NCBI GenBank assembly: GCA_944387535.1
Contig: CALXFI010000004.1
Location: forward strand, 1-53,673
DNA from: an uncultured Clostridia bacterium
GTDB lineage: Bacteria > Bacillota > Clostridia > TANB77 > CAG-508
Length of the DNA stretch: 53,673 nucleotides
Direction: 5' to 3'
The position numbers were made by a program, and so were the translations under genes. The notes beneath the pieces are model-generated. The model worked only from the letters and a program-made list of their open reading frames with translations, ran no database searches and was not told the origin of the DNA. How positions within the stretch are numbered: the first letter of the stretch is position 1; each line of letters starts with the position of its first letter. This document shows positions 39,924 to 52,083 of the stretch, in pieces.

Positions 39924-40679
39924 ATGAAATTAGTATCATGGAATGTAAATGGAATAAGAGCTTGTTTAAATAAAGGATTTGATGATTTCTTTAAAAGCAT
40001 AAATGCAGATATATTTTGTATACAAGAGACAAAATGTCAAGAAGGACAGGTTGATTTAGAATATGATGGTTATGAAAGCTTTTGGAATAGTGCAGAGAAA
40101 AAAGGGTATTCAGGAACAGCGGTATTTACTAAAATAAAACCATTATCTGTTAGTTATGGAATAGGAATAGAAGAGCATGATAAAGAAGGAAGAGTAATAA
40201 CATTAGAATTTGATAAGTTTTATTTAGTAGATATATATACACCTAATTCTAAAAGAGAACTAGAAAGATTAGATTATAGACAAGTATGGGAAGATGAAAT
40301 TAGAAAATACTTATTAAAGTTAAACAAAACCAAACCAGTTATAATGTGTGGAGATTTAAATGTAGCACATAAAGAAATAGATTTGAAAAATCCTAAAACA
40401 AATACACATAATGCAGGATTTACAATGGAAGAAAGAAACAAAATGACAGAATTACTAAATGCGGGATTTGTAGATACATTTAGATATTTATACCCAGATA
40501 AAGAGGAAGCATATAGTTGGTGGTCTTATATGAGAAAAGCGAGAGAAAAAAATGTGGGTTGGAGAATAGACTATTTTATAGTATCTGAAAGTATAAAAGA
40601 TAAGATAAAAGAAGCAAGCATTTATTCAGAAGTAATGGGAAGTGACCATTGCCCTGTTGGATTAGAAATAGACTTGTAA
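39924..40679 (+). CDS. xth: Exodeoxyribonuclease III / AP endonuclease
   Basis: SWNVNGIRA, QETK, GDLNVAH, GWRIDYF, SDHCP motifs. Confidence 0.95.
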   Translation: MKLVSWNVNGIRACLNKGFDDFFKSINADIFCIQETKCQEGQVDLEYDGYESFWNSAEKKGYSGTAVFTKIKPLSVSYGIGIEEHDKEGRVITLEFDKFYLVDIYTPNSKRELERLDYRQVWEDEIRKYLLKLNKTKPVIMCGDLNVAHKEIDLKNPKTNTHNAGFTMEERNKMTELLNAGFVDTFRYLYPDKEEAYSWWSYMRKAREKNVGWRIDYFIVSESIKDKIKEASIYSEVMGSDHCPVGLEIDL

Positions 40680-40723
40680 ATGAGAGATAATAAATTAACA
40701 AAGTTAAGTCGAAGGAGAGAAGA

Positions 40724-41887
40724 ATGGAAGATAGAAAAGAAAAAATAAGAAAATGGAGCTATTGGTTTTTGCTTGGTTTAGCACTTGTTATTATTTATAA
40801 ATGTTTAGATAATTTTACAGCTGTAACAGGCATTATTGGAAATTTTTTAAGTGTTGTTGCACCATTTTTTGTTGGTATTTTTATTGCATATATATTATAT
40901 ATGCCTTGCAGAAAGTTTGAAACAGCTTTTAGAAAAAGTAAAATAAAATTTCTAAAAAGAAAAGCAAGGACTTTTAGTATTATTACAGTATATTTAATAA
41001 TTGTAGCAATTATAGTTATTTTAGTTAGTTTTATCTTTCCTGTAGTTTGGGATAGCGTAACAGACTTTGTAAGTAATATACAAAGCTACTATGAAACGGC
41101 AATAAATAGATATAATAGTTTACCACAAGACTCTATATTAAAAAGCGAGCAAGTAAATGAGTTTATAGAAAGTATTCAGCATATTGATTTAAGAGAATAT
41201 TTTAATTTTGATAGAGTAATGGAATACATATCAAGTGCAATAAGTGCTGTTACTGGTATTGTTGATGTATTTGTTGCAGTAATCGTTTCTATTTATGTTT
41301 TAGCAGAAAGAGGAAAGATTTTAACATTTGTAAAGAGATTTGCAGAGGCGGTGTTTAAAGAAAGAACATATAAAAATATTGATAAATATTATAAACATTC
41401 AAACGAAATATTCTTTAAGTTTATTGCAAGTCAATTCCTAGATGCAGTAGTTGTAGGAATTTTGGTTACAATTGCAATGACAATAATGGGAATTAAATAT
41501 GCACCACTTCTAGGGTTCTTTATAGGTCTATTTAATATGATACCATTTGTTGGAGCTATTATTGCCGTAGGAATATCAGCTATTATTACTTTAATTACAG
41601 GTGGACTTTCACAAGCTATTTGGATGCTTATTGTAGTAATTATCTTACAACAAATCGATGCAAATATTATAAATCCAAAGATTGTAGGCAAATCATTAAA
41701 AATAAGCCCAATATTAGTAATTTTAGCAGTGACAATTGGTGGAGCTTATTTTGGAATACTTGGAATGTTCTTAGCTGTTCCTGTTATTGCAATTATAAAA
41801 ATACTTATAGAGGACTTTGTTGATTATAGGTTGGCAGTTAAGAAAACAAAGAAAGTAAGTGAAGAGAAAAATACAATTCAAGAATAA
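40724..41887 (+). CDS. AI-2E family transporter
   Basis: Multi-TM protein; NMIPFVGAII, QQIDANIINPKIVG, GILGMFLAVP motifs. Confidence 0.92.
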   Translation: MEDRKEKIRKWSYWFLLGLALVIIYKCLDNFTAVTGIIGNFLSVVAPFFVGIFIAYILYMPCRKFETAFRKSKIKFLKRKARTFSIITVYLIIVAIIVILVSFIFPVVWDSVTDFVSNIQSYYETAINRYNSLPQDSILKSEQVNEFIESIQHIDLREYFNFDRVMEYISSAISAVTGIVDVFVAVIVSIYVLAERGKILTFVKRFAEAVFKERTYKNIDKYYKHSNEIFFKFIASQFLDAVVVGILVTIAMTIMGIKYAPLLGFFIGLFNMIPFVGAIIAVGISAIITLITGGLSQAIWMLIVVIILQQIDANIINPKIVGKSLKISPILVILAVTIGGAYFGILGMFLAVPVIAIIKILIEDFVDYRLAVKKTKKVSEEKNTIQE

Positions 41888-41912
41888 TAAATAAAATAAT
41901 TAAATTAAAGAT

Positions 41913-41958
41913 AATTAGTACCTAAAATGAAAAATATTCAACTTTGGGTACTAATTTT
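41913..41958 (+). terminator. Intrinsic terminator
   Basis: AATTAGTACCTAAA / TTTGGGTACTAATT stem plus T run. Confidence 0.65.
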
Positions 41959-42070
41959 ATATTTCTATTACTCAAAAATGTAAAAATATTGATTTTAAGT
42001 AATGGATTTTTATAAATAAAGTTGAAAGAAGATTTGGGTCATAAAATTTTAAAAAACCTTACGGAAACAG

Positions 42071-42099
42071 TTGACTTATGATTTTATTTGTGATAAACT
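42071..42099 (+). promoter_or_regulatory. Putative sigma-A promoter of rpoBC
   Basis: TTGACT, 17 bp, TAAACT with extended TG. Confidence 0.55.
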
Positions 42100-42465
42100 A
42101 TTTAGGAGAATTTACTAAAAATGGATTTTTGTACCCAAAGTTATTAGATAGGGTGGTTAAAATAGAAAGAGAAAAGATTAGTTAAAACCTAATAAAATAA
42201 GGCAAAAGGAGTTGAAAAAACAAGATTTTTTCGATTGCTTTTTTATTGCCGTTTTTAAAGGAAACATAACTTCGAAAATCCATTCAAAATTTTTATTCAA
42301 AAGTTTAAAATTAAAAGAAGAGGAATCAAGTTCAAAGAGCCCTAAGCTTTTAAGGCTGAAAGAGCAGGCAGGCTTAAAACTTAGACAAGCAATTTGAATT
42401 CTGAGAAGGACTTCTTTTAAGGAATATATTTTTTCTGCTTAAATATTTTTTATGAGGTGATTTTT

Positions 42466-45400
42466 TTGAAAATAAGAGAAATTAAGCACGAGAAGTCTTC
42501 TCGTAAAGATTTCGCAAAAGTTGGTGATTTTATTGAAATGCCAAATCTTATCAAAGTTCAAAAAGATTCATATGATTATTTTATCAAAGAAGGACTTGGA
42601 GAGGTTTTAAGGGATATTTCACCAATTGAAGACTATTCTGGAAATTTAGTTCTTGAATTTTTCGATTATTACATGGAAGATAAGACAAAATATTCAGTAG
42701 AAGAAGCAAAAGAAAGAGATGCAACATATTCTGCAAGATTACATGTAAAAGTAAGATTAATTAACCGTGAAACAGGAGAAATTAAAGAGCAAGAAATTTA
42801 TTTAGGTGATTTTCCACTCATGACAGATAGTGGAACATTTATAATAAATGGTGCAGAAAGAGTTGTAGTAAGCCAGTTAGTACGTTCACCAGGATGCTAT
42901 TATGGTGAAGAATTTGACACAAAAACAGGGAAGAAAACATATACATCTACAGTTATGCCTTTAAGAGGAGCATGGCTTGAATACGAAACAGACGGAAATG
43001 ATATTTTCTGGGTACGTGTTGATAGAACAAGAAAAGTTCCTATTACTACATTATTAAGAGCAATTGGTTTAGCAACAGATAGTCAAATGTTAGATTTCTT
43101 TGGCGATGAAGAAATGTTAAAAACAACAATTAGTAAAGATACAGTAAAAGATCAAGATGAAGCATTAATAGAAATCTATAAGAAATTAAGACCAGGAGAA
43201 CTTCCTACTGTTGACGCTGCAAGAAATTTATTTAATGGTTTATTCTTTGATAATAAGAGATATGACTTAGCAAAAGTAGGTAGATATAAATTTAACCAAA
43301 AATTATCATTGGCATCAAGAATAAAAGGAAAAGTAGCAGCAAATGACATAATAGATAGCGAAACAGGAGAAGTTTTTGTACAAGCAGGAGAAGTAATAGA
43401 AGACGAAGTTGCTGAGAATATTCAAAATGCAGGAATAAATACAGTTGATATAATGTTTATGGATAAGAAAATAAGAATTATAGGAAATAATACAGTAGAT
43501 ATCCATAAAGTATTACCAAATGTAGACTTAAGCAAATTACATATTAAAGAATATGTTAATTATAATGTTTTACAAAATATAATTGAAAACACAGACGAGA
43601 AAGATTTAGTTAAAACAATAGAAGAAAGAATGGATGAGCTAGTTCCAAAGCATATTACAACAGAAGATATGTTAGCATCTGTAAACTTCTTATTTAACTT
43701 ATCACATGGATTAGGAGGACCTGATGATATAGACCATTTAGCAAACCGTAGAATTCGTTGTGTTGGAGAATTATTACAAAATCAATTTAGAATTGGTTTA
43801 GCAAGATTAGAAAGAGTTGTTCGTGAAAGAATGACAATACAAGATTTAGATGTAGTAACACCACAAACATTAATTAATACAAAACCTATTACATCAGCAA
43901 TACGTGAATTCTTTGGAAGTTCACAATTGTCACAATTCATGGATCAAACAAACCCATTATCAGAATTAACACATAAAAGAAGAATTTCAGCATTAGGACC
44001 TGGAGGATTAACAAGAGAAAGAGCTGGATTTGAAGTACGTGATGTTCACTATACACACTATGGAAGATTATGTCCAATTGAATCTCCAGAAGGACCAAAC
44101 ATTGGACTTATATCAGCGCTTTCATCATTTGCACAAATTAATGAATACGGATTTATAGAAACACCATATAGAAAAGTAGACCCAGAAACACATAAATTAA
44201 CAGATGAAGTAGAATATATGAGTGCAGATGTAGAAGATAATTACATAATAGCTCAAGCGTCAGAGCCAGTTGACAAAGATGGACATTTTATTAATAAGAG
44301 AGTAAGAGTAAGACGTAGAAACGATATTATAGAAGTAGATAGTGATAAGGTACAATATGTAGACGTATCACCAAAACAATTAGTTTCTGTTGCAGCAGCA
44401 ATGATTCCATTCTTAGAGCACGATGATGCAAAAAGAGCTCTTATGGGTGCTAACATGCAACGTCAAGCAGTTCCACTTATGACAACAGAAAGTCCAATAG
44501 TAGGAACAGGAATTGAGTACAGAGCAGCAAAAGACTCAGGAATCTTAGTATTAGCAGAAGATGATGGAGTGATTGAAAAAGTAACAGGAAGCGCTATTAC
44601 TGTAAAATATAATAATGGAAAAACTGTAGTTCATAAATTACGTAAATTTAAGAGAACTAATGGTGGAACTTGTATTAACCAAAAACCAATTGTTAAAAAA
44701 GGTGAAATTGTTAAGAAAGGTGACGCTATAGCAGATGGACCAGCAACATCTAATGGAGAAATGGCACTTGGTAAGAATGTATTAGTAGCATTTTCTACAT
44801 GGGAAGGTTACAACTATGAGGATGCTATTCTTATAAATGAGAGATTAGTTAAAGAAGATGTATTTACATCAATTCATATAGAAGAATATGATTGTGAATG
44901 TCGTGATACTAAGCTTGGTGCAGAGGAAATTACACGTGATATTCCAAACATTGGTGATGATTCATTAAAAGACTTAGACGAAAATGGAATTATCAGAATT
45001 GGTGCAGAAGTAAGACCAGGAGATATCTTAGTTGGAAAAGTTACTCCAAAAGGAGAAACAGAACTAACAGCAGAAGAAAGATTACTTCGTGCTATCTTTG
45101 GTGAAAAAGCAAGAGAAGTAAGAGATACTTCTTTAAGAGTACCACATGGAGAAGCAGGAACTGTTGTAGATGTAAAAATATTTACAAGAGATAATTCAGA
45201 TGAATTAGGACCTGGTGTAAATCAAATAATTAGATGTTATATAGCAACAAAGAGAAAAATATCAGTTGGAGATAAAATGGCAGGACGTCATGGTAACAAA
45301 GGTGTTATTTCAAGAGTATTACCAGAAGAAGATATGCCATTTATGCCAGATGGTACACCAATAGATATATTACTTAACCCATTAGGTGTTCCTTCTCGTA

Positions 45401-46230
45401 TGAACTTAGGTCAAGTTTTAGAGGTACATTTAGGAGGAGCTGCAAAAGCTTTAGGATGGAAAGTTTCAACACCAGTATTTGATGGTGCAAATGAAGAAGA
45501 TGTAAAAGAATTACTAAAAAAAGCCGGAATGAGCGAAGATGGAAAAACTATTCTTTATGATGGAAGAACAGGAGAGCCATTTGATAAGCCAATTACAGTT
45601 GGTGTTATGTATATGTTAAAACTACATCACTTAGTAGATGATAAAATACATGCTCGTTCAACTGGACCTTATTCATTAGTAACACAGCAACCTCTTGGAG
45701 GAAAAGCACAATTTGGTGGACAACGTTTTGGAGAAATGGAAGTTTGGGCATTAGAGGCATATGGAGCAGCATATACATTACAAGAAATGTTAACAGTAAA
45801 ATCAGACGATGTTGTAGGTCGTGTAAACACTTATGAAGCTATTGTAAAAGGCGAAAATATTCCAGAACCAGGAGTTCCAGAAAGTTTCAAAGTTTTAGTA
45901 AAAGAACTTCAATCATTAGGATTAGATGTTCGTCTATATTCTGAAGATAATAAAGAATTAGAATTAAAAGAAGATGTAGATGAAGGAATAGAATATGATC
46001 CAAGCAAAGATGGCAAAATATTATCAGAAGATGAAGTTGTTGAAGATGGAGATCTAGATGGATATTCTGAGGAAACAGATGATGATGTTGTACTAGATGC
46101 AGAAGAAGATGCAACAGATGATGGCAAAGATGACTTATTTGAAGAACTAGATGATGAAGGTGAAGAATTGCTATTTGGAAATGATTTAGCAAATGATAAC
46201 TTAGATAATGATGATGATATTATAGAGTAA
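42466..46230 (+). CDS. rpoB: RNA polymerase beta subunit
   Basis: GAGGTG RBS before TTG 42466; [52 protein letters not shown]. Confidence 0.99.
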   Translation: MKIREIKHEKSSRKDFAKVGDFIEMPNLIKVQKDSYDYFIKEGLGEVLRDISPIEDYSGNLVLEFFDYYMEDKTKYSVEEAKERDATYSARLHVKVRLINRETGEIKEQEIYLGDFPLMTDSGTFIINGAERVVVSQLVRSPGCYYGEEFDTKTGKKTYTSTVMPLRGAWLEYETDGNDIFWVRVDRTRKVPITTLLRAIGLATDSQMLDFFGDEEMLKTTISKDTVKDQDEALIEIYKKLRPGELPTVDAARNLFNGLFFDNKRYDLAKVGRYKFNQKLSLASRIKGKVAANDIIDSETGEVFVQAGEVIEDEVAENIQNAGINTVDIMFMDKKIRIIGNNTVDIHKVLPNVDLSKLHIKEYVNYNVLQNIIENTDEKDLVKTIEERMDELVPKHITTEDMLASVNFLFNLSHGLGGPDDIDHLANRRIRCVGELLQNQFRIGLARLERVVRERMTIQDLDVVTPQTLINTKPITSAIREFFGSSQLSQFMDQTNPLSELTHKRRISALGPGGLTRERAGFEVRDVHYTHYGRLCPIESPEGPNIGLISALSSFAQINEYGFIETPYRKVDPETHKLTDEVEYMSADVEDNYIIAQASEPVDKDGHFINKRVRVRRRNDIIEVDSDKVQYVDVSPKQLVSVAAAMIPFLEHDDAKRALMGANMQRQAVPLMTTESPIVGTGIEYRAAKDSGILVLAEDDGVIEKVTGSAITVKYNNGKTVVHKLRKFKRTNGGTCINQKPIVKKGEIVKKGDAIADGPATSNGEMALGKNVLVAFSTWEGYNYEDAILINERLVKEDVFTSIHIEEYDCECRDTKLGAEEITRDIPNIGDDSLKDLDENGIIRIGAEVRPGDILVGKVTPKGETELTAEERLLRAIFGEKAREVRDTSLRVPHGEAGTVVDVKIFTRDNSDELGPGVNQIIRCYIATKRKISVGDKMAGRHGNKGVISRVLPEEDMPFMPDGTPIDILLNPLGVPSRMNLGQVLEVHLGGAAKALGWKVSTPVFDGANEEDVKELLKKAGMSEDGKTILYDGRTGEPFDKPITVGVMYMLKLHHLVDDKIHARSTGPYSLVTQQPLGGKAQFGGQRFGEMEVWALEAYGAAYTLQEMLTVKSDDVVGRVNTYEAIVKGENIPEPGVPESFKVLVKELQSLGLDVRLYSEDNKELELKEDVDEGIEYDPSKDGKILSEDEVVEDGDLDGYSEETDDDVVLDAEEDATDDGKDDLFEELDDEGEELLFGNDLANDNLDNDDDIIE

Positions 46231-46405
46231 TAAATTACAATTTAATTTAGTAATCGTAGTAAAGTAAAAATAATTAAATAGATTCTAAAAAGGAAAGAAG
46301 CGACATTTGAGTTTGCAAGAGCAGGGGATAGTCTTCTTTGCCTGTTTTAGAATTACCCAAATAAAATAAATGCTTTTTAAGCAAAGAAGGGGGAAAAGAA
46401 AAAGA

Positions 46406-49400
46406 GTGGACGAATTAAATACTTTTAATAAGTTAAAAATTGGAATAGCATCAGATGAAAAAATAAGAGAATGGTCAAAAGGGGAAGTTAAAAAACCAGA
46501 GACTATTAATTATAGAACATTAAAACCAGAAAAAGACGGATTATTTTGTGAGAGAATATTCGGACCAGTTAAAGACTGGGAATGTCATTGTGGTAAATAT
46601 AAAAGGGTTAGATATAAAGGAATAGTTTGCGATAGATGTGGTGTAGAAGTTACAAAATCAAAAGTTAGACGTGAAAGAATGGGACATATTGAACTTGCAG
46701 CACCTGTTGCACATATTTGGTATTTTAAAGGAATACCTAGTAGAATAGCTTTAATGCTAGATATCTCACCAAGAAATCTAGAAAGAGTTATATATTTTGC
46801 TTCTTATGTAGTAGTGGATCCAGGTAGTACTAATTTAACAAAATGTCAGGTATTAAATGAAAAAGAATACCATGAAGTAGAGGAAAAATATGGCAGAGGT
46901 TCTTTTAAAGCTAAAATGGGAGCAGAAGCAATAAGAGAATTATTAGAACAAGTAGATGTAGAAAAATTATCAGAGGAAATAAAAAAAGAATTAGAAACAG
47001 CGAGTGAACAAAGAAAAGGAAAATTAGTAAAAAGATTAGATACAGTAGAATCATTTAGAATTTCAGGAAATAAACCTGAATGGATGGTAATGAACGTTAT
47101 ACCAGTTATTCCACCAGAATTAAGACCAATGGTACAATTAGATGGTGGTAGATTTGCAACATCAGACTTAAATGATTTATATAGAAGGGTTATAAATAGA
47201 AATAACCGTTTAAAAAGATTATTAGAATTAGGAGCACCTGAAATAATCGTACGTAATGAAAAAAGAATGCTTCAAGAATCTGTGGATGCTCTAATTGATA
47301 ACGGAAGACGTGGAAGACCAGTAACAGGAGCTGGAAATAGACCATTAAAATCATTATCAGATTTATTAAAAGGAAAACAAGGTCGTTTCCGTCAAAACTT
47401 ACTTGGAAAACGTGTTGACTATTCTGGACGTTCTGTTATCGTAGTAGGACCAGAACTTAAGATTTATCAATGTGGACTTCCAAAAGAAATGGCAGTTGAG
47501 CTATTTAAACCTTTTGTAATGAAAGAATTAGTAGGACGTGGAATTGCTCAAAATATCAAAAATGCTAAGAGAATGGTAGAAAGATTAAGACCAGAAGTAT
47601 GGGGAATATTAGAAGATGTTATTAAAGACCATCCAGTAATGTTAAACCGTGCCCCAACACTTCATAGACTTGGTATTCAAAGTTTTGAACCAGTATTAGT
47701 AGAAGGAAGAGCCATAAAACTTCACCCATTAGTTTGTGAAGCATTTAATGCTGACTTTGATGGTGACCAGATGGCTGTTCACTTACCATTATCACTAGAA
47801 GCACAAGCAGAATCAAGATATTTAATGTTATCTACAAATAACTTACTTAAACCACAAGATGGTAAACCAGTTGCAGTACCTAGACTAGACATGATTTTAG
47901 GATCTTATTATCTAACAATGGTACTAGATGGTGAAAAAGGTGAGGGGAAATACTTTAAAGACCCAGAAGAAGCTATTATGGCTTATGAAAATCATGAAGT
48001 TGGTATCCATGCCAAAATAAATGTTAGAATAACAAAAGAGATTAATGGTGAAACAAAATCTCATAGAGTAGAAACAAGTGTTGGAAGAATTATCTTTAAT
48101 CAAGGAATTCCTCAAGATTTAGGATTCATTGATAGAAAAGAAGATCCATTCCAATATGAAATAAGTTTCCCAGTTATGAAAAAATCAATGGGAACAATTA
48201 TAGAAAAAGTTATTAGAATACATGGATTAATAGAATCAGCAAAAGTTATAGACTATATTAAAGCTTTAGGATTTAAATATTCAACTTTAGCTGGTATTAC
48301 ATTCTCTATGGATGATGTTAAGGTACCAGAAGCTAAAGAGGCTTTATTAAAAGAAGCTGACGAAAAAGTAGAGCAAGTAAGAAAACAATATGTTCGTGGT
48401 TTAATAACAGACGATGAAAGATATAATGCTGTTATTAACATTTGGGAAGAAACAACAAATAAAGTAAGTAATGCAATGGAAGAAAACTTTGATGAGCTAA
48501 ATCCAATATATATGATGGTTAAATCTGGAGCCCGTGGTAATATGAACCAGTTACGTCAAATTGCAGGTATGCGTGGACTTATGGCAAGTACTACAGGTAA
48601 AGCAGTTGAAATTCCAATTAAATCATCATTTGCAGAAGGATTAGATGCATTAGAGTACTTTATATCTGCCCATGGAGCTCGTAAAGGACTTTCAGATACA
48701 GCTTTAAGAACAGCTGACTCTGGATATCTAACAAGAAGATTAGTTGATGTTTCACAAGATATTATAGTAAGAGAGCATGATTGTGGTACAGATGAAGGAA
48801 TTACAGTTTATGATATTAAAGATGGAAATCAAATAATCGAAAAAATGGAAGAAAGATTAATTGGTAGATATCCATTAGAAAATGTTTATAATCCAGAAAC
48901 TAAGGAATTAATAGTTGATACAGATACTATGATTACTGAAAAAATAGCAGAAGAAATAATTGCTGCTGGAATTGACAAATTAAAAGTACGTTCAGTTCTA
49001 GGATGCCATTCAAAACGTGGCGTATGTCAAAAATGTTATGGAATGGGCTTAGCAAGAAGAGACTTAGTATCAATCGGTGAATCTGTAGGTATAATTGCAG
49101 CTCAATCAATTGGTGAGCCTGGTACACAGCTTACAATGAGAACTATTCACTCTGGTGGTGTTGCAGGTGTTGCAGATATTACTCAAGGTCTTCCTAGGGT
49201 TGAGGAATTATTCGAAGCAAGAAAACCAAAAGGAGTTGCTGTAATTTCTGAAATAGATGGTAAAGTTAAGATTAAAGAGACTAAGAAGAAGAAAGAAGTA
49301 ATTGTAACATCAAAAGATAATTCAAAAACTTATACAATACCATTTGGTTCTAAGATGAAAGTAAAAGATGGAGATATGGTAGAAGCAGGAGATGCATTTA

Positions 49401-49930
49401 TAGAAGGTTCAATAAATCCAGCAGATATACTAGAAATAAAAGGACCAGAAGGAGTATATGAATACTTAATTTCAGAAGTACAAAAAGTTTATAGAAACCA
49501 AGGTGTTGATATAAACGATAAACATATCGAAGTAATTGGAAGACAAATGCTTAAGAAAGTTAGAGTTGAGGATAATGCAGATACAGATATGTTCCCAGGT
49601 GAATTAATTGATATGTACGAGTTTGAAGATAAGAATAAAGAAACAATAGCTCAAGGAAAACGTCCTGCTACAGGTAAGAGAGTATTACTTGGTATTACTA
49701 AGGCATCTCTTGCAACAGATAGCTTCTTATCAGCAGCTTCATTCCAAGAGACAACAAGAGTATTAACAGAAGCAGCAGTAAAAGGTAAGGTAGATAATTT
49801 AGAAGGATTAAAAGAAAATGTTATCATAGGTAAACTAATCCCTGCAGGAACAGGTATGAAGAAATATCAAAATATTCATATTAGTACTGAAAAGGAATTA
49901 GAAAAAGTAGCAGATGTAGAACAAAAATAA
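46406..49930 (+). CDS. rpoC: RNA polymerase beta' subunit
   Basis: Likely GTG 46406 after GGGGG; Zn-finger [15 protein letters not shown] catalytic motif, SAASFQET. Confidence 0.99.
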   Translation: MDELNTFNKLKIGIASDEKIREWSKGEVKKPETINYRTLKPEKDGLFCERIFGPVKDWECHCGKYKRVRYKGIVCDRCGVEVTKSKVRRERMGHIELAAPVAHIWYFKGIPSRIALMLDISPRNLERVIYFASYVVVDPGSTNLTKCQVLNEKEYHEVEEKYGRGSFKAKMGAEAIRELLEQVDVEKLSEEIKKELETASEQRKGKLVKRLDTVESFRISGNKPEWMVMNVIPVIPPELRPMVQLDGGRFATSDLNDLYRRVINRNNRLKRLLELGAPEIIVRNEKRMLQESVDALIDNGRRGRPVTGAGNRPLKSLSDLLKGKQGRFRQNLLGKRVDYSGRSVIVVGPELKIYQCGLPKEMAVELFKPFVMKELVGRGIAQNIKNAKRMVERLRPEVWGILEDVIKDHPVMLNRAPTLHRLGIQSFEPVLVEGRAIKLHPLVCEAFNADFDGDQMAVHLPLSLEAQAESRYLMLSTNNLLKPQDGKPVAVPRLDMILGSYYLTMVLDGEKGEGKYFKDPEEAIMAYENHEVGIHAKINVRITKEINGETKSHRVETSVGRIIFNQGIPQDLGFIDRKEDPFQYEISFPVMKKSMGTIIEKVIRIHGLIESAKVIDYIKALGFKYSTLAGITFSMDDVKVPEAKEALLKEADEKVEQVRKQYVRGLITDDERYNAVINIWEETTNKVSNAMEENFDELNPIYMMVKSGARGNMNQLRQIAGMRGLMASTTGKAVEIPIKSSFAEGLDALEYFISAHGARKGLSDTALRTADSGYLTRRLVDVSQDIIVREHDCGTDEGITVYDIKDGNQIIEKMEERLIGRYPLENVYNPETKELIVDTDTMITEKIAEEIIAAGIDKLKVRSVLGCHSKRGVCQKCYGMGLARRDLVSIGESVGIIAAQSIGEPGTQLTMRTIHSGGVAGVADITQGLPRVEELFEARKPKGVAVISEIDGKVKIKETKKKKEVIVTSKDNSKTYTIPFGSKMKVKDGDMVEAGDAFIEGSINPADILEIKGPEGVYEYLISEVQKVYRNQGVDINDKHIEVIGRQMLKKVRVEDNADTDMFPGELIDMYEFEDKNKETIAQGKRPATGKRVLLGITKASLATDSFLSAASFQETTRVLTEAAVKGKVDNLEGLKENVIIGKLIPAGTGMKKYQNIHISTEKELEKVADVEQK

Positions 49931-49936
49931 TTTAAT

Positions 49937-49971
49937 ATGTCGTATGAGAAAGTTTCTCATGCGGCATTTTT
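49937..49971 (+). terminator. rpoC terminator
   Basis: ATGTCGTATGAGA / TCTCATGCGGCAT stem plus T run. Confidence 0.75.
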
Positions 49972-49995
49972 CAATTTCTAGGCACTAACACCAAC

Positions 49996-50024
49996 TTGAC
50001 AAAATCGCTAATTGCTAGTAAAAT
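49996..50024 (+). promoter_or_regulatory. Putative sigma-A promoter of gdpP
   Basis: TTGACA, 17 bp, TAAAAT. Confidence 0.65.
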
Positions 50025-50046
50025 AAAATAGAATTAATGTAAGGAG

Positions 50047-52068
50047 ATGCTTATGCAAAATAATAATAGAAAAGTATTTGACTCGCTTGTATCCAGAACA
50101 AAGATATATTTAGCGATAATATTAATTTTATTAGTAGTAATTAGTATAGAAAACTTTAATATGATAATACCTTCAATTCTATTATATGGAATTATAGTAG
50201 GCTATACTTATTATGCAAATAAAAAAAGAAAAAGTGAAATATCAGAAACATTGCAAGATTTAACATTAACAGTAGATACTGCAGCAAAAACAAGTTTAAT
50301 AAATTCACCATTCCCTCTTATAATATTAGAGACAGATGGAAATATAATATGGAGAAGTACTAAATTTACAACAGAATTTGCAAATATAGATATAAATACA
50401 TATTTAAATGATTTAATAGTTGATATTAGAGATGAAATTGCAAGTGGTGAGACAGGAAATAGTGATATTTTAACAGAAATGAAAATCGGAAATAATATGT
50501 ATAAAGTAATGGGAAGATATGTTAACTTTAGAAATAAAGATAAAAGAAATAAAAAAGAATATATGGTTATTTTATACTTCATTGATGATACAGAGAATAA
50601 AAAACTACAAAAAGAATATAGAGATTCTAAATCTTGTATCGGAATTATAATGGTAGATAATTACGAAGAAACAATGCAAAGACTAGAAGCAGGAGAAAAA
50701 CCACAAATAATAGCTGAAATTGATAAGCAAATGTATGATTGGGCCAATAAAACAAATGGCGTTTTGATAAAATCAGATAGAGATAGATATGTATATTTAT
50801 TTGAACAAAGATATTTAGATGATATTAAAGAAGATAAATTTAGTATATTAGATAAGATAAAAGAAATAGATACTAAGGAAAAAGTACAGTTTACATTAAG
50901 TATAGCAATATCTAATGAAGGAAATACTGACAAAGAAAAATATAAATCAGCACAAAGTGCTATGGATGTTGTATTAGGACGTGGTGGAGACCAAGCAGTA
51001 ATTAGAGAAAATGAAATATATAAATTCTTTGGTGGAAGAGTAGAAGAAGTAGAAAAAAGAACAAAAGTAAAAGCAAGAGTGGTAGCACATGCGTTAGAAA
51101 ATTTAATGAAAGATGCAAGTAAAGTAATGGTAATGGGACATACAAATCCTGATATGGATAGTATAGGGTCTTGTATGGGAATTTATCGCTTAGCTAAAAC
51201 TTTAAATACAAATGCATATATAGTATGTAGTGAAAATACACCAGCATTAGAGCCTTTTATGAAATCTCTAGAAAAAGAACCAGAATATGAAGACATTATG
51301 ATTAATAAAGAAGTTGCTTTAGAAAATGTTGATGAGGATACATTACTAGTTGTAGTGGACACTCATAAAATAAATTATGTTGATAGCCCAGAATTATTAG
51401 AAAAGGCAAAAAAGATAGTTGTAGTTGATCACCATAGAAGAAGCACAGATTTTATAGAAGATGCAACATTAATGTTCCAAGAAGTATATGCATCATCTGC
51501 AGCAGAGTTAGTTACAGAGCTTCTTCAATACGCAGAAGCAAAAATAAATCTAAAAACTATAGAAGCAGAAAGTTTATATGCTGGAATCATGATGGATACT
51601 AAAAACTTTACATTCAAAACAGGTGTAAGAACATTTGAAGCAGCAGCATACTTACGTAGATGTGGTATTGATATAATAAGAGTAAAAAAATGGTTCCAAA
51701 GTGATTTGAAAAGTTTTAATTTAATAGCAGATATAGTAAAAAAAGCAGAAATACTAGAAAATGAAATTGCAATATCAACATATGATGAAGTGTCACCTGA
51801 AGCTAACTTAATTTGTGCTAAAGCAGCAGATGAATTATTAACAATAAGTGATATTACAGCTTCATTTGTACTTGGAAATAATGGAGATAAAATTTGTATT
51901 AGTGGTCGTTCTATTGGAGATATTAATGTACAAATAATATTAGAAAAGCTAGGTGGTGGAGGTCATATCACTTTAGCAGGTGCCCAAGTAGAAGGGATGA
52001 CAATGGAAGAAGCAAGACAAGAATTAATAAACAGAATACATGAATATTTTTCAGAGATAGAAAGTTAA
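50047..52068 (+). CDS. gdpP: Cyclic-di-AMP phosphodiesterase GdpP (TM, PAS, degenerate GGDEF, DHH/DHHA1)
   Basis: LGRGGDQAV, GHTNPDMDSIG, DHHRR, LGGGGH motifs; start may be ATG 50053. Confidence 0.95.
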   Translation: MLMQNNNRKVFDSLVSRTKIYLAIILILLVVISIENFNMIIPSILLYGIIVGYTYYANKKRKSEISETLQDLTLTVDTAAKTSLINSPFPLIILETDGNIIWRSTKFTTEFANIDINTYLNDLIVDIRDEIASGETGNSDILTEMKIGNNMYKVMGRYVNFRNKDKRNKKEYMVILYFIDDTENKKLQKEYRDSKSCIGIIMVDNYEETMQRLEAGEKPQIIAEIDKQMYDWANKTNGVLIKSDRDRYVYLFEQRYLDDIKEDKFSILDKIKEIDTKEKVQFTLSIAISNEGNTDKEKYKSAQSAMDVVLGRGGDQAVIRENEIYKFFGGRVEEVEKRTKVKARVVAHALENLMKDASKVMVMGHTNPDMDSIGSCMGIYRLAKTLNTNAYIVCSENTPALEPFMKSLEKEPEYEDIMINKEVALENVDEDTLLVVVDTHKINYVDSPELLEKAKKIVVVDHHRRSTDFIEDATLMFQEVYASSAAELVTELLQYAEAKINLKTIEAESLYAGIMMDTKNFTFKTGVRTFEAAAYLRRCGIDIIRVKKWFQSDLKSFNLIADIVKKAEILENEIAISTYDEVSPEANLICAKAADELLTISDITASFVLGNNGDKICISGRSIGDINVQIILEKLGGGGHITLAGAQVEGMTMEEARQELINRIHEYFSEIES

Positions 52069-52083
52069 CAAAGGAGAAAAGAT

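Noticed and set aside
42212-42397. 61-aa ORF in the rpoB leader
   Set aside because: TTG start lies too close to the AGGAG, there is no recognisable motif, and it overlaps RNA-structure-like sequence; a leader peptide is unsupported.
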